The notes beneath the pieces were generated by a model. The model saw nothing but the letters and a program-made list of their open reading frames with translations. It did no database searches and was not told the origin of the DNA. A program made the translations under genes and the position numbers. A stretch of 37,574 nucleotides of DNA from Bdellovibrionales bacterium (lineage in GTDB: Bacteria > Bdellovibrionota > Bdellovibrionia > Bdellovibrionales > UBA840). The first letter of the stretch is position 1, and each line of letters starts with the position of its first letter. Below, piece by piece: positions 18,362-27,668 of this stretch. The stretch lies in assembly GCA_037969075.1 (NCBI GenBank), contig JBBKWS010000058.1:1-37574 (forward strand), in the 5' to 3' direction.

Positions 18362-19183
18362 TTAAAATTGAAAAGAAAGACTTGAGGTGATGCCCAAATA
18401 AGCATTCTCTTCATAGTAGTATTTAGGCTCAAATCGAAGAGCAAATGAGGAAAACTTGTATACAAGTCCACCAGAAAACACTCCGCCAATTTTTGCGCTA
18501 GATGTGGGCACTAGCTTTGGACTGCCACCAATCTCTTGGACTAAATCCACATCAGTGTAGGCGAGACCTAAGCCAGCTCCTACAAAAGCTGTTAACTTTC
18601 GATCCAAGAAACTCGCTAGTGGGTAGAGCAGTGATATATCACCAATAATCACAAAGCCTTCTGGTGCATTTTTTGAGATTTTTGAATAGAACTGTGGCAC
18701 TTCTAACGAATACAGAACATTCACACTAAGTAGCGTAGAGCCGTCTAAAAATGTAAATGGCGTTGTAAGCACCCCGCCAATAAAGCTCGTTTGGGAATTA
18801 TCAGTGAAGCCACCAACCGTATCTTCAAAACCAATCATAGCGTAGGTTATACCTATGTGTGTTGAACCAAAAAATGGCCGATCTTTATTTTTCTCTTCAT
18901 TTTCACTGCCTGGAAAAAAATCTGATCCCGCTTTTGCATTATCAGGTCTTACATCAATATCAGAGATGTAACCAATAATACCCTGCTTGAACCTGACTTT
19001 ATAAAACGCCCCAAATAGCTTGTTAGATAAGCTGACTTTTTTTCCTGCGCTAAAATACCCTAATATCGGAGCATCAAAGCTGGGGCCTTTATAAACAATC
19101 GCACCTTCGGTAACGACACTACCCTTTTGGGCAGCAAAAACCTGTGTACTAAAAAAGAAAAATAAAAAAAGCCATTTAATCAT
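18362..19183 (-). CDS. SH3-like domain fused to outer-membrane beta-barrel
   Basis: Signal peptide; AIVYKGPSFDAPILG...FYKVRF...GYI (SH3b-like); amphipathic strands ending LSFQF. Confidence 0.65.
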   Translation of the reverse strand: MIKWLFLFFFFSTQVFAAQKGSVVTEGAIVYKGPSFDAPILGYFSAGKKVSLSNKLFGAFYKVRFKQGIIGYISDIDVRPDNAKAGSDFFPGSENEEKNKDRPFFGSTHIGITYAMIGFEDTVGGFTDNSQTSFIGGVLTTPFTFLDGSTLLSVNVLYSLEVPQFYSKISKNAPEGFVIIGDISLLYPLASFLDRKLTAFVGAGLGLAYTDVDLVQEIGGSPKLVPTSSAKIGGVFSGGLVYKFSSFALRFEPKYYYEENAYLGITSSLSFQF

Positions 19184-19223
19184 AGTGTACTTTTATTGTA
19201 GTTAGAAGCCTCATAAATGGCAA

Positions 19224-19643
19224 CTAGGTGTTAGCAGATTTATCCTCTTTACTTAATACAATGGCTGGAATCTTACGCCTAGGAATTTGCTCAAACTGCT
19301 TTGTAGACAGTAAGAAATTAGCAGAACTTTTTCTGTCTAGCATAAAGTTTTTAACGCTTTCAGCTGCTAGCTCTGGGCTCTTTAAGTATAAAACTGGATC
19401 AAAGCCGCAATACTTACAAACAATAGCTAGGCGCCACCTTAGATTAGAGAAGATCTCAACTACAACCCCAAGCATTACCCAAAACAGTAGCAACCTTGGG
19501 TCTAGCTGTTGCCAGAAGATAAAACTCAAAAGCACACTAGGAATCAATAAGAATACGATATCTAAAATTTGAATATGCTTCTTAGAAACATAGGTTCTTT
19601 CATTTCTACAGTAAGAACAAAAACAAGTTTGCTTTTTCGCCAT
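19224..19643 (-). CDS. Hypothetical membrane protein with split Cys motifs
   Basis: CFCSYC, two TM helices, then CKYCGFDP. Confidence 0.7.
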   Translation of the reverse strand: MAKKQTCFCSYCRNERTYVSKKHIQILDIVFLLIPSVLLSFIFWQQLDPRLLLFWVMLGVVVEIFSNLRWRLAIVCKYCGFDPVLYLKSPELAAESVKNFMLDRKSSANFLLSTKQFEQIPRRKIPAIVLSKEDKSANT

Positions 19644-19758
19644 ATAATTACTCTAACAAGCATTTTGATTTTTAAGAAGGCCAGTTGCACTTGACCTAGG
19701 ACTAGAATGTACCAATCTTAGTCTATGAAATTCAGGTAAACTGTTTCAAAATATAAGT

Positions 19759-20391
19759 ATGACTAAATTAATCCTTATTTTAACAAGCTTCTTATTCACT
19801 ACCACACTTCATGCACAGGAGTCAGAAGACATATACTCTTATGACACCATCGTGGACCAACTAAATACAAACCGCGCAGAACAGCCAGAAGATTTTGGCG
19901 ATCCGTATAAAAATGTAAAATTTCATATTGGTGCTGGTTTCTCGCAAAGTATTTTGAATGTTAAATCTGGCGGATCTTCTGATGCAGTCACTATCAGCGG
20001 TATTGAAATCAAATTTGGTATTAACCTAATGAGCCCGAGTTGGATCGCTGAAGGAACATTAAGAAATTACAATGACACAAGGTCAAACGGAACTAGTTAC
20101 CAACTGCGTGAGTTTGAAGGTAAAATTGTAAATACAAATTTATACGCAAAAAATTTATTTTACCGTGTTGGTAGTGGGATAGCCGCCAGAAACTTAACAA
20201 CAAATATTGAAAACAGAGATGTTAATAAAAGATACACTACTCCTTCATTAATATTGATGGCGGGAAGTGGTATGCAACTAACAAATCATATAGCTGTGGT
20301 TGGAGATGTGGCATTTAAAACTAGCATTGTTAACGATACTGTTGACAAAAATACGCTAGATTTTACACTTCGAGTAGACACTAGCTTTTAG
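19759..20391 (+). CDS. Putative small outer-membrane beta-barrel protein
   Basis: Signal peptide LHA|Q, about eight amphipathic strands, C-terminal Phe (VDTSF). Confidence 0.7.
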   Translation: MTKLILILTSFLFTTTLHAQESEDIYSYDTIVDQLNTNRAEQPEDFGDPYKNVKFHIGAGFSQSILNVKSGGSSDAVTISGIEIKFGINLMSPSWIAEGTLRNYNDTRSNGTSYQLREFEGKIVNTNLYAKNLFYRVGSGIAARNLTTNIENRDVNKRYTTPSLILMAGSGMQLTNHIAVVGDVAFKTSIVNDTVDKNTLDFTLRVDTSF

Positions 20392-20397
20392 GAGCAT

Positions 20398-20964
20398 ATG
20401 CTCAACTTCAATGCAGAAAAATTTTTAGGTGATATAAAGTACTTAAGTAATTTTGTTCTGCATTTTCTCAAAAATCCCGTAGAAGGAATGAAGACCGCCC
20501 CCAATCTTGATTGGGGACAAGTTCTATTGCTACAAGGCCTGCTATCGTTATTCAGTGGAGTCATGGCTGGGGTCATTTCACAAAACATTATCTTCATCGT
20601 GTGGGGTATCTTACTATTTCCCCTACTATCCCTAACGATTAGTTTTTTGGTGAGTTTGTCTCTGCACTATTTAATCCTATTTTTCTTTCAAAAAGAGTTT
20701 CCTGTACGTCAAACGTATATTTTACTGGTTCTAGCAAATATTCCTGTTTTGATTTTGCGAATTCTCTCCCCTATTTTTAACACTGTAGATTTAGTAGGGT
20801 TTGTTATTGTCGGGTTTTTATTAGTTGTAGGGATTGTTGAAAATTATAAATTAGAAAAAAGAAAAGTTATTAAGCTCGTATTTTACTTTGTTTTATTTAT
20901 CTGTCTGTCTTGGTTAGCCCAGTATGGTTACTCTTTAAAGCAAGATTGGACTAGGGTTTCTTAA
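20398..20964 (+). CDS. Yip1-like multi-pass membrane protein
   Basis: FLKNPVEG N-terminal motif and five TM segments; SD GGAG overlapping the upstream stop. Confidence 0.6.
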   Translation: MLNFNAEKFLGDIKYLSNFVLHFLKNPVEGMKTAPNLDWGQVLLLQGLLSLFSGVMAGVISQNIIFIVWGILLFPLLSLTISFLVSLSLHYLILFFFQKEFPVRQTYILLVLANIPVLILRILSPIFNTVDLVGFVIVGFLLVVGIVENYKLEKRKVIKLVFYFVLFICLSWLAQYGYSLKQDWTRVS

Positions 20965-20968
20965 TCAA

Positions 20969-21382
20969 TTAGCGTAGTAACCATGTATCGATCAATGGTT
21001 TAAACTTTGTAAACCCCAAATACATCATCAAAAGACCAAACATATAAATTGTGTTGATCAGTGGACTCAAACTAATTTTAGTTTCTAGCGCACTAAACCT
21101 GTCATTGATAGCTTTAAAGGCAAGGTCAATACCATGAAACTTTGCATCCATCTTGTCATTCAGACTTCGCTCTAACCGATCTATTCTATCAGTCAACTTA
21201 CGATCAACGAAGTCAATTTTATCATTCAAAAAATCCATGCGCTTTGACAGAGCTTCTCCAGCACTTTCAGTCATTAAACCTTTTTTAATATCCGCCATAG
21301 TTTTTACCTGCACTTCGGCCTGAACTATTGTAAAGCCTGTATTTTCAAATTCTTTTATAAGTTCTATGGTATCCATCGACAT
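20969..21382 (-). CDS. DUF1640/CCDC90-like coiled-coil protein with C-terminal TM anchor (true start may be ATG 21376)
   Basis: MDTIELIKEFENTGFTIVQAE head, KID-type coiled coil, C-terminal hydrophobic helix; SD GAGGA is spaced 6 nt from the second Met. Confidence 0.65.
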   Translation of the reverse strand: MSMDTIELIKEFENTGFTIVQAEVQVKTMADIKKGLMTESAGEALSKRMDFLNDKIDFVDRKLTDRIDRLERSLNDKMDAKFHGIDLAFKAINDRFSALETKISLSPLINTIYMFGLLMMYLGFTKFKPLIDTWLLR

Positions 21383-21422
21383 TCCTCTTTTATAAATTTA
21401 GTAGTATTTTTAAATTTATGAA

Positions 21423-21439
21423 AGCAACAGGAGTGCCAA
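21423..21439 (-). promoter_or_regulatory. Sigma54 (-24/-12) promoter of the DUF1640-like gene
   Basis: Minus strand TTGGCACTCCTGTTGCT = TGGCAC-N5-TTGCT, near-perfect consensus, about 40 bp upstream of the ATG. Confidence 0.75.
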
Positions 21440-21474
21440 TGTAAATTGAAATATAAAAGTGTGTAGGATTTTAT

Positions 21475-21503
21475 TGTCCGATAATACAATGGATTATCGG
21501 ACA
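21475..21503. promoter_or_regulatory. Perfect 11-bp inverted repeat (candidate activator site)
   Basis: TGTCCGATAAT-acaatgg-ATTATCGGACA. Confidence 0.55.
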
Positions 21504-21577
21504 CTTACTCGAAATAAAATGGTTAATTAAAAAGAGGTAGTACTGAATAGCGCTTTAATAAAGAAGTCTATATATAT

Positions 21578-22087
21578 TTATTGTTGCTCACAAATCTCAA
21601 CAAGATTTCTTTTTCTATGCTTGTATCTATTGTCACCCGAGTTCCAAACTCTTGAAGAGCTATCATAGCTAATCTTTAAAATATGGCCTGTTTTAGAGTA
21701 GATAGTTTTTGTGTGACCTTCAGCCCAAAGAAATGGGTTCTCAGTATTATTTTGATAAATCTTTTTTTGTAAAATACTTTCAAGCTTATCACCAAAACAA
21801 GTTGCTTTTATATTATTAGAAGTTACGAAATCTTCATCTTTACTGTCAAAAGAACGATTTAAACCATCTGCAGTCAGCATAAAGTTTTTGATTGTAGTAT
21901 CTCTATCGGCAATAATTCGATACACAGTAGCTGCACGTTCTGTCTGTTGAGATATCTTCAGATTATAGGTGTTAGCCTCTGAATGACACAAATACGTTCC
22001 AGAAATCTCAGGACACTCACCGGCAATCGAAACATGCGCCCATGAAAAAACTAAAAACACTAGACTTAAATTAATTAAACTTCTCAT
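21578..22087 (-). CDS. Hypothetical secreted protein (start probably 22087)
   Basis: SD GAGGT, signal peptide MRSLINLSLVFLVFSWAHVSIA, CPEISGTYLC motif, four Cys in the mature protein. Confidence 0.7.
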   Translation of the reverse strand: MRSLINLSLVFLVFSWAHVSIAGECPEISGTYLCHSEANTYNLKISQQTERAATVYRIIADRDTTIKNFMLTADGLNRSFDSKDEDFVTSNNIKATCFGDKLESILQKKIYQNNTENPFLWAEGHTKTIYSKTGHILKISYDSSSRVWNSGDNRYKHRKRNLVEICEQQ

Positions 22088-22155
22088 AATATACCTCACT
22101 CCTAGTACGTTAACACAATTAAAACAAAAAAACACTGTCCATGTAAAATGTCAAA

Positions 22156-22608
22156 TCACTTCCCCGTAGAACCAAAACCACCAGCTCCCCGGCTTGTTTC
22201 ATCCAAGCTTTTCACTTGTTGAAAGTTGGCTTTTACAACAGGACATAAAACTAATTGCGCGATTCGCTCTTGGTCTTTGATTTCAAACGGCTCATTGCCT
22301 TGATTGATTACGATGATTTTCACTTCCCCTCTGTAGTCGGCATCAATGGTGCCTGGGCTATTTACTAACGAGATCCCGTGCTTTATGGCTAAGCCACTAC
22401 GAGGACGGGCTTGGATCTCATAATTGGCAGGGATGGCAAAGGCAAGACCAGTAGGAATTAAAGCCCGCTCTCCTGGCTTTATGGTCACACTAGTATCAAG
22501 CCGTGCTCTAACATCAAAACCGCTAGCACCAGTCGTTGCATACGCTGGTAGCTCACCTTTAAAATGTTCTAGTGTTTGCACTTTTAAATCAACATTTGTC
22601 CATTCCAT
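22156..22608 (-). CDS. dut: dUTP diphosphatase
   Basis: ASGFDV, RPRSGLA, GTIDADYRGE, RIAQLV, RGAGGFGSTG. Confidence 0.98.
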   Translation of the reverse strand: MEWTNVDLKVQTLEHFKGELPAYATTGASGFDVRARLDTSVTIKPGERALIPTGLAFAIPANYEIQARPRSGLAIKHGISLVNSPGTIDADYRGEVKIIVINQGNEPFEIKDQERIAQLVLCPVVKANFQQVKSLDETSRGAGGFGSTGK

Positions 22609-22616
22609 AAAAAATC

Positions 22617-23075
22617 CTATATCGTTTTATACATTATAAAATGCGGCCCAACATCGGGAACTATAAATTCATCCCCTACTACTTTAAAACCCAATTTCAG
22701 GTAAAATGGCAATGCATAGGTTCTTGCGTTACACCAAAGAGTCTTATACTGCGCCTCTGTTAGCAGCCTAGAGAGTGTATTATCAATTAAAAATTTTCCC
22801 ACTCCTCTACCTTGGAGCTTTTCGTCCACTGCCATCCCTCTTAGCTGGATAAAGTCATAGGTATTAATAGATAAAAACTCTAAATTCTTCGGCACTATTT
22901 TTGTTGCCAGTAATGTTAGAACTCCACATATTTTATTGTCTTCCACGACAGCAACATGAGTGGTGGTCTTATCATCATCCTCAATATATGTGGCGCTAGA
23001 GATGTCACGATTTGGCCGTAAAATCCTGTGCCTAAGTGGCAGCACCTCTTTAGAATTAATAATTTTTATTTGCAT
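22617..23075 (-). CDS. GNAT family N-acetyltransferase (start probably 23075)
   Basis: LRHRILRP, QLRGMAV, QGRGVG acetyl-CoA motif, LWCNAR, FYLKLGF, GPHFIM. Confidence 0.9.
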   Translation of the reverse strand: MQIKIINSKEVLPLRHRILRPNRDISSATYIEDDDKTTTHVAVVEDNKICGVLTLLATKIVPKNLEFLSINTYDFIQLRGMAVDEKLQGRGVGKFLIDNTLSRLLTEAQYKTLWCNARTYALPFYLKLGFKVVGDEFIVPDVGPHFIMYKTI

Positions 23076-24063
23076 CGAGCCCTCTGAGTAAGTCCAACAC
23101 AACTGTATGTCCTTGATAAATCATAGCTGTGTAAATTTGAACAAGGCTTGCACCATTTTTTAAACGCCACAGGATCTCATCACTTGTATCAATTCCGCCA
23201 ACACTAATGATTGGTAGGTTTGTATATTTTTTTGCTTTTAAGAGCATTTCACGAGATGAGATTCGAAGCATTCCGCCACTAATCCCGCCAGTTTTATAAG
23301 TATCATTTAATTTTTTATCCACCCCAACTGATAGCGTGTTTGTTAAAATCACTCCCTGAAATTTTAGATCACTGATAGCTTCTAAAAGATCCTTAAGCTC
23401 TTCTCCCTCTAGTTCTGGAGCTAATTTCACAAACACCGGTTTTTCTGTTTTTACAACCTTCCTAACTTGTTCTAAAAAAGTTACGGATTGCAAATCTCTA
23501 AGCCCTGGGGTGTTGGGTGAGGAGATATTAATAACCATATAATCCGCTAGATCTAGTAAGCCCTCAGAGCAAATTTGATAATCATTTGCCGCCAATTCGC
23601 TAGTAGTAAGTTTATTTTTACCAAAATTGATTCCTAATTTTACCCCATCTTTCATCTTGTCTTTTTGGCGTAAAATATTAGATCGCATATGGTCAACGCC
23701 GTGATTGTTAAACCCCAATCGGTTCACTAGTGATTTTTTTTCTGGGAGTCTGAATATCCTAGGCTTAGGATTTCCTTTTTGAGCCAAGGGCGTAACGGTA
23801 CCCACTTCTATAAAACTAAATCCAATATGCGACAAGAGCTCAATGAGTTCTGCATTTTTATCAAAACCCGCGGCCAGTCCAATGGGGTGTGTAAACTCTA
23901 AGCCCGCCACCTGCACAGACTTGATTGCACCAAACTCTTCATACTGCATTTCGAATTTTTTATAAAACTTCATCGATTGCAAACGCTTGCCCACTATAAA
24001 AGCTAGCTGGTGTGCTGACTCTGGCGGCAGAAGTAATAATAAAGACTGCAAGCGGTTAAACAT
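23056..24063 (-). CDS. pyrD: Quinone-dependent dihydroorotate dehydrogenase (class 2)
   Basis: PESAH, GLAAGFDKNA, GNPKPRIFRL, NRLGFNN, NISSPNTPGLR, KLAPE, GGISG. Confidence 0.96.
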   Translation of the reverse strand: MFNRLQSLLLLLPPESAHQLAFIVGKRLQSMKFYKKFEMQYEEFGAIKSVQVAGLEFTHPIGLAAGFDKNAELIELLSHIGFSFIEVGTVTPLAQKGNPKPRIFRLPEKKSLVNRLGFNNHGVDHMRSNILRQKDKMKDGVKLGINFGKNKLTTSELAANDYQICSEGLLDLADYMVINISSPNTPGLRDLQSVTFLEQVRKVVKTEKPVFVKLAPELEGEELKDLLEAISDLKFQGVILTNTLSVGVDKKLNDTYKTGGISGGMLRISSREMLLKAKKYTNLPIISVGGIDTSDEILWRLKNGASLVQIYTAMIYQGHTVVLDLLRGLDANKNY

Positions 24064-24113
24064 TAGCTCTCAAAATAGTATACCGATAGTATGAAAACAA
24101 GTAGAATTGCACT

Positions 24114-24833
24114 ATGGTAGAAGTAAGTATTCTCCCCATTTTTACAGATAATTATGTGTTTATTATACACAATAATACCCATGCCGTAATTGTAGACCCA
24201 GGAGAAGCTAAGCCAGTTGTTGATTTTTTAAATGAACGCAACTTAATACCGATCGCTATTTTTATCACTCACCATCACCCAGATCATATAGGTGGAATCA
24301 ATGGTTTATTGCAAAAACAAAAGTTGCCAGTATATTGCTCTGAATATGATCAAAAACGCATCCCTTTTGCCGATCACTTTTTAAAAGATGGCGACTCTCT
24401 TGAGTTTCTTGGATTAAAGTTTAATATTTTAGATATTAAGGGACATACCTTAGGCCACATTGCATATTACTCTCGTGATAAAAACTGGCTCTTTAGTGGC
24501 GACACTGTATTTGGTTTAGGTTGTGGCCGTTTGTTTGAAGGCAGCCATAAAGAAATGTGGGATTCACTGCAAAAAATTAAAGCCTTACCTAGCGACACAC
24601 AAATCTTTTTTACCCACGAATATACACTGGCAAACTTAAAATTTAGTAAATCTATAGACACTAAAACTGATTGGACACAAGTTGAGACCAGTCTTAATAG
24701 TAAAAGAAAAAGTGATATACCCACTACGCCGTCATCATTATCTTTTGAGTTAACGTACAATTTATTTTTACAAGCTAAAACAGCAGAAGAGTTTAAAATC
24801 CTACGAGAAAGAAAGGATCAGTTTAATGGCTAA
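24114..24833 (+). CDS. gloB: Hydroxyacylglutathione hydrolase (glyoxalase II)
   Basis: DNY, THHHPDHIGG, GHTLGH, FSGDT, GCGRLFEG, HEYT. Confidence 0.95.
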   Translation: MVEVSILPIFTDNYVFIIHNNTHAVIVDPGEAKPVVDFLNERNLIPIAIFITHHHPDHIGGINGLLQKQKLPVYCSEYDQKRIPFADHFLKDGDSLEFLGLKFNILDIKGHTLGHIAYYSRDKNWLFSGDTVFGLGCGRLFEGSHKEMWDSLQKIKALPSDTQIFFTHEYTLANLKFSKSIDTKTDWTQVETSLNSKRKSDIPTTPSSLSFELTYNLFLQAKTAEEFKILRERKDQFNG

Positions 24834-25224
24834 CTCACACACATACAATTTAGAGGTAAAAGAACATCACCTAGACAGTTTTGGCCACGTAAACCATGCT
24901 GTGTATTTAGAAATTTGTGAAGAAGCCAGATGGCAATATTGCCTTGAAAATGGAATTAGCTTTGAAGACATTCATAGGGAAAAAATTGGGCCCATTATTT
25001 TAGAAGCGAATATAAAATATAAAAAAGAAATTAAAAATCGAGAGAAAATACAAATTTTAACTAGTTTTACCAAGGTAAGAAATACGATATTTACTATTCA
25101 TCATACAGTTGTAAAAGAAGATGGTAAAATAGGCGCTGAAATTGAAATCAGCGCAGCTATTTGGGATATAAAACAAAGAAAAATTATATATCCGCCAGCG
25201 AACTGGCAAAAAATATTATTGTAG
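24826..25224 (+). CDS. Acyl-CoA thioesterase (4HBT/YbgC family)
   Basis: LDSFGHVNHAVYLEICEEAR hot-dog-fold motif. Confidence 0.88.
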   Translation: MANSHTYNLEVKEHHLDSFGHVNHAVYLEICEEARWQYCLENGISFEDIHREKIGPIILEANIKYKKEIKNREKIQILTSFTKVRNTIFTIHHTVVKEDGKIGAEIEISAAIWDIKQRKIIYPPANWQKILL

Positions 25225-26694
25225 AGCCGTTGGATTAGCCTCGATCTTTGCCGATTCACGAAGAGCTTGCAACCATCTGCGGATTACCATTTGGCTCTGC
25301 ATATTTTGCGGACCTTCAGGCTTCACTGCATCTAGTTTTTTAGCTTTTTCTCGTCCACCAAATTTAACCACATAATAATCATGGCCGTTTTGCAAGACCT
25401 TACTTACATATGGCTTATCTGCTGTTAACTTCAGTGACTCCTCAACTAAACCACTTACTTGACCAAGTGGCCCAAGGTTTTCTGCGGCTAGATCAAACTT
25501 TGCCGAATCAACCCACTTCAGTTTTAATGAGCTAACCAGTTTTTCCGCCTCAGTTGCATTCCCCTCTTTAAGAAATCCATCTAGTTTTTTAATAGTAGAT
25601 TCAACCTGCTGCTCTTTTATCCATCTCTCTGATAGCGCTAGCTTTGCTTCTTCGAAAGAAGTGGTTTTAGCTTCGACTTTATCTTGAACTAAAAGTAGGT
25701 GGTATCCAAACTCGGTTCGTATTGGCTGGCTTACGCTGCCTGTGTCTAGCTGAAAAGCTGCATTTTCAAATTCTTTAACCATGGCACCTTTAGAGATATA
25801 GCCCAAACTTCCGCCCTCAGCTTTTGAACCAGGATCAGTAGAGTGTTTTTTTGCCATGGCTGCAAAGTTTTGAGGTGTAGTCTCGTTACGAATTTTTTCA
25901 ATTTCTTCTTTAGCTGCGTCCCAGTTGTCATCTTTAGGCTGAATCAAAATATGGCTTACCTTCACTTTTTCTTCTTGCTGATATAGCTTTTGGTTAAGTG
26001 CGTATAAATCCTTAAGTTTGCTTTCCATTTCTTTATCACTGGCAACACTTTGTATTTGAGTCTGGCTAGCCGTAGCTGAGGTTGCCAATAGGTCTTTATT
26101 GATTGATATGTATTTAACTTGCAAAAGAACAGACCCAGCCTCTTCTTCTTTCTTTTTTTGCAAACTAGACTCTACAATAGATCTACGAAATAAATCATTC
26201 ACCTTAGATTCAGACAATTCTTTGCGCAGTTGACCCTCAAACTGTGCAGCAGTCATACGTTGATTACGTAAAAAATAGTCATACGCATCTTTACTAAACA
26301 TACCATTTTGCTGAAAGTAAGGAAGACTAAGGATTGTGTGCACCAGCTCATCTTTAGTTACATGTAAGCCAGATTTAGTAGCTGCTTGCGACATTAGCTC
26401 TTGTGAAACCAATGACTGCAAAGCTTGCATGGTAGCTTGTTGTCGCTGTTCAATGGTGTTGCCGTAGTCTTTTCCGTAAAACATCGAATTTACGCGAATG
26501 ACTTGGTCTGTGGCCATTTTAAGCTCAGTTATGCTAATAATCGAATCATTTACACTAGCTGCATAGCCTGAGTTACCTTGAGAGCTACCAAAGTTAGCAT
26601 CAGACATGAATACGAAGACTATACAGATCATTCCCAAGATGATGTAGACTAATAATGATTTACGGCGTTTTGGGTTGGTAAATATATCGAACAT
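25216..26694 (-). CDS. ppiD: PpiD/SurA-type periplasmic chaperone with parvulin PPIase domain
   Basis: N-terminal TM, SurA_N-like region (FQQNGMFSKDAY), VSHILI, STDPGS, GGSLG, TEFGYHLL. Confidence 0.85.
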   Translation of the reverse strand: MFDIFTNPKRRKSLLVYIILGMICIVFVFMSDANFGSSQGNSGYAASVNDSIISITELKMATDQVIRVNSMFYGKDYGNTIEQRQQATMQALQSLVSQELMSQAATKSGLHVTKDELVHTILSLPYFQQNGMFSKDAYDYFLRNQRMTAAQFEGQLRKELSESKVNDLFRRSIVESSLQKKKEEEAGSVLLQVKYISINKDLLATSATASQTQIQSVASDKEMESKLKDLYALNQKLYQQEEKVKVSHILIQPKDDNWDAAKEEIEKIRNETTPQNFAAMAKKHSTDPGSKAEGGSLGYISKGAMVKEFENAAFQLDTGSVSQPIRTEFGYHLLLVQDKVEAKTTSFEEAKLALSERWIKEQQVESTIKKLDGFLKEGNATEAEKLVSSLKLKWVDSAKFDLAAENLGPLGQVSGLVEESLKLTADKPYVSKVLQNGHDYYVVKFGGREKAKKLDAVKPEGPQNMQSQMVIRRWLQALRESAKIEANPTALQ

Positions 26695-26828
26695 TCTTCC
26701 TCCAAGTGAAGCCTTTGCATTTCACAAAAATTACACCAAAAGAGCAAGTGAATTGCCCGCTAACGCAAAGAGCAAAGACTTTCTTTCCATTCATAAAAAA
26801 CGTTAACTATAGGTATAGGAGAAACAAC

Positions 26829-27668
26829 TTGAATTTCTTTCGCTTTGATCTCAAAAAATTATTTATTTTTGCGCTGCTTATTTTACTACCTGTATTCTCG
26901 CTTAGCTTATTAAAGCCAGGTGATAGGCTATGGATTTTTAGACCCTTAGGAAACGTCACCGGTTTTGTACAAAGCCTGTTTGTAAGTTTCTCTGAAACTA
27001 TCCAAGACACCACAGGTAAATACTTATACCTAATTGACGTCAATAAAGAGATAGCCTCTTTAAAAAATGAAAATGCAAAACTAAAAGCCGAAGTGATGCG
27101 CTTTACTGAAATCGAAAAAGAAAATACTCGCTTAAATAATATTCTACAATTTACTCAAGGCGCTGACATGACATTAATTTCTGCCCAGGTCATAGGGATA
27201 GACATTTTTGCCGAGCGTTCCAGTATAAGAATCAACCGAGGCACTAAAGATGGAGTTCAAAAAGGACAGGCTGTTATTACAAAAGAAGCAGCTGTTGGTT
27301 ATATACTAGAAGCTAATGATACAACATCTCTTATCTTGGTACTGACAGATCGTTACGCAGTTATTGATGCTATCATTCAAAATTCTCGCGCTAGAGGTAT
27401 TGTCGAGGGTAGCGGGTCTGACTCATGTCTGTTAAAATATCTACAGCGTTCAGACGAAGTACAGATAGGCGATATCGTTGTTACCAGTGGTTTAGATAAT
27501 ATCTTTCCAAAAGGTTTGCCCATTGCTCGTGTAAAAAATGTCTCTCGGCGTAAATCAGAGATTAGTCCAACCATCGAGCTAATGCCAATAGTAGATGTGA
27601 GTCGGCTTGACGAGGTTTTTGTTGTTCACACGGTTGTTAACCCAACTGCTGAGGCCAATTTACAATGA
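26829..27668 (+). CDS. mreC: Rod shape-determining protein MreC (start probably TTG 26829)
   Basis: ENTRL coiled coil, INRGTKDGV, VVTSGLDNIFPKGLPI; SD AGGAGA before TTG 26829. Confidence 0.93.
   Translation: MNFFRFDLKKLFIFALLILLPVFSLSLLKPGDRLWIFRPLGNVTGFVQSLFVSFSETIQDTTGKYLYLIDVNKEIASLKNENAKLKAEVMRFTEIEKENTRLNNILQFTQGADMTLISAQVIGIDIFAERSSIRINRGTKDGVQKGQAVITKEAAVGYILEANDTTSLILVLTDRYAVIDAIIQNSRARGIVEGSGSDSCLLKYLQRSDEVQIGDIVVTSGLDNIFPKGLPIARVKNVSRRKSEISPTIELMPIVDVSRLDEVFVVHTVVNPTAEANLQ

Noticed and set aside
19228..19572. 114-aa plus-strand ORF
   Set aside because: Antisense shadow of the 19224-19643 membrane protein; non-ATG start and no motif.
21474..21504. Chromosomal dif site
   Set aside because: Both arms are the same type, the central spacer would be 9 bp rather than 6, and there is no TTATGTTAAAT-like XerD arm; kept only as an alternative hypothesis.
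24063..24089. Sigma28 (FliA) promoter for gloB (ACCGATAG)
   Set aside because: The -35 position reads TTAG rather than TAAA; too weak.
26706..26828. N-terminal extension of MreC (likewise track starts 1644, 12573, 22135, 23102)
   Set aside because: Downstream starts have better SD sites or give proper signal/prepilin leaders.
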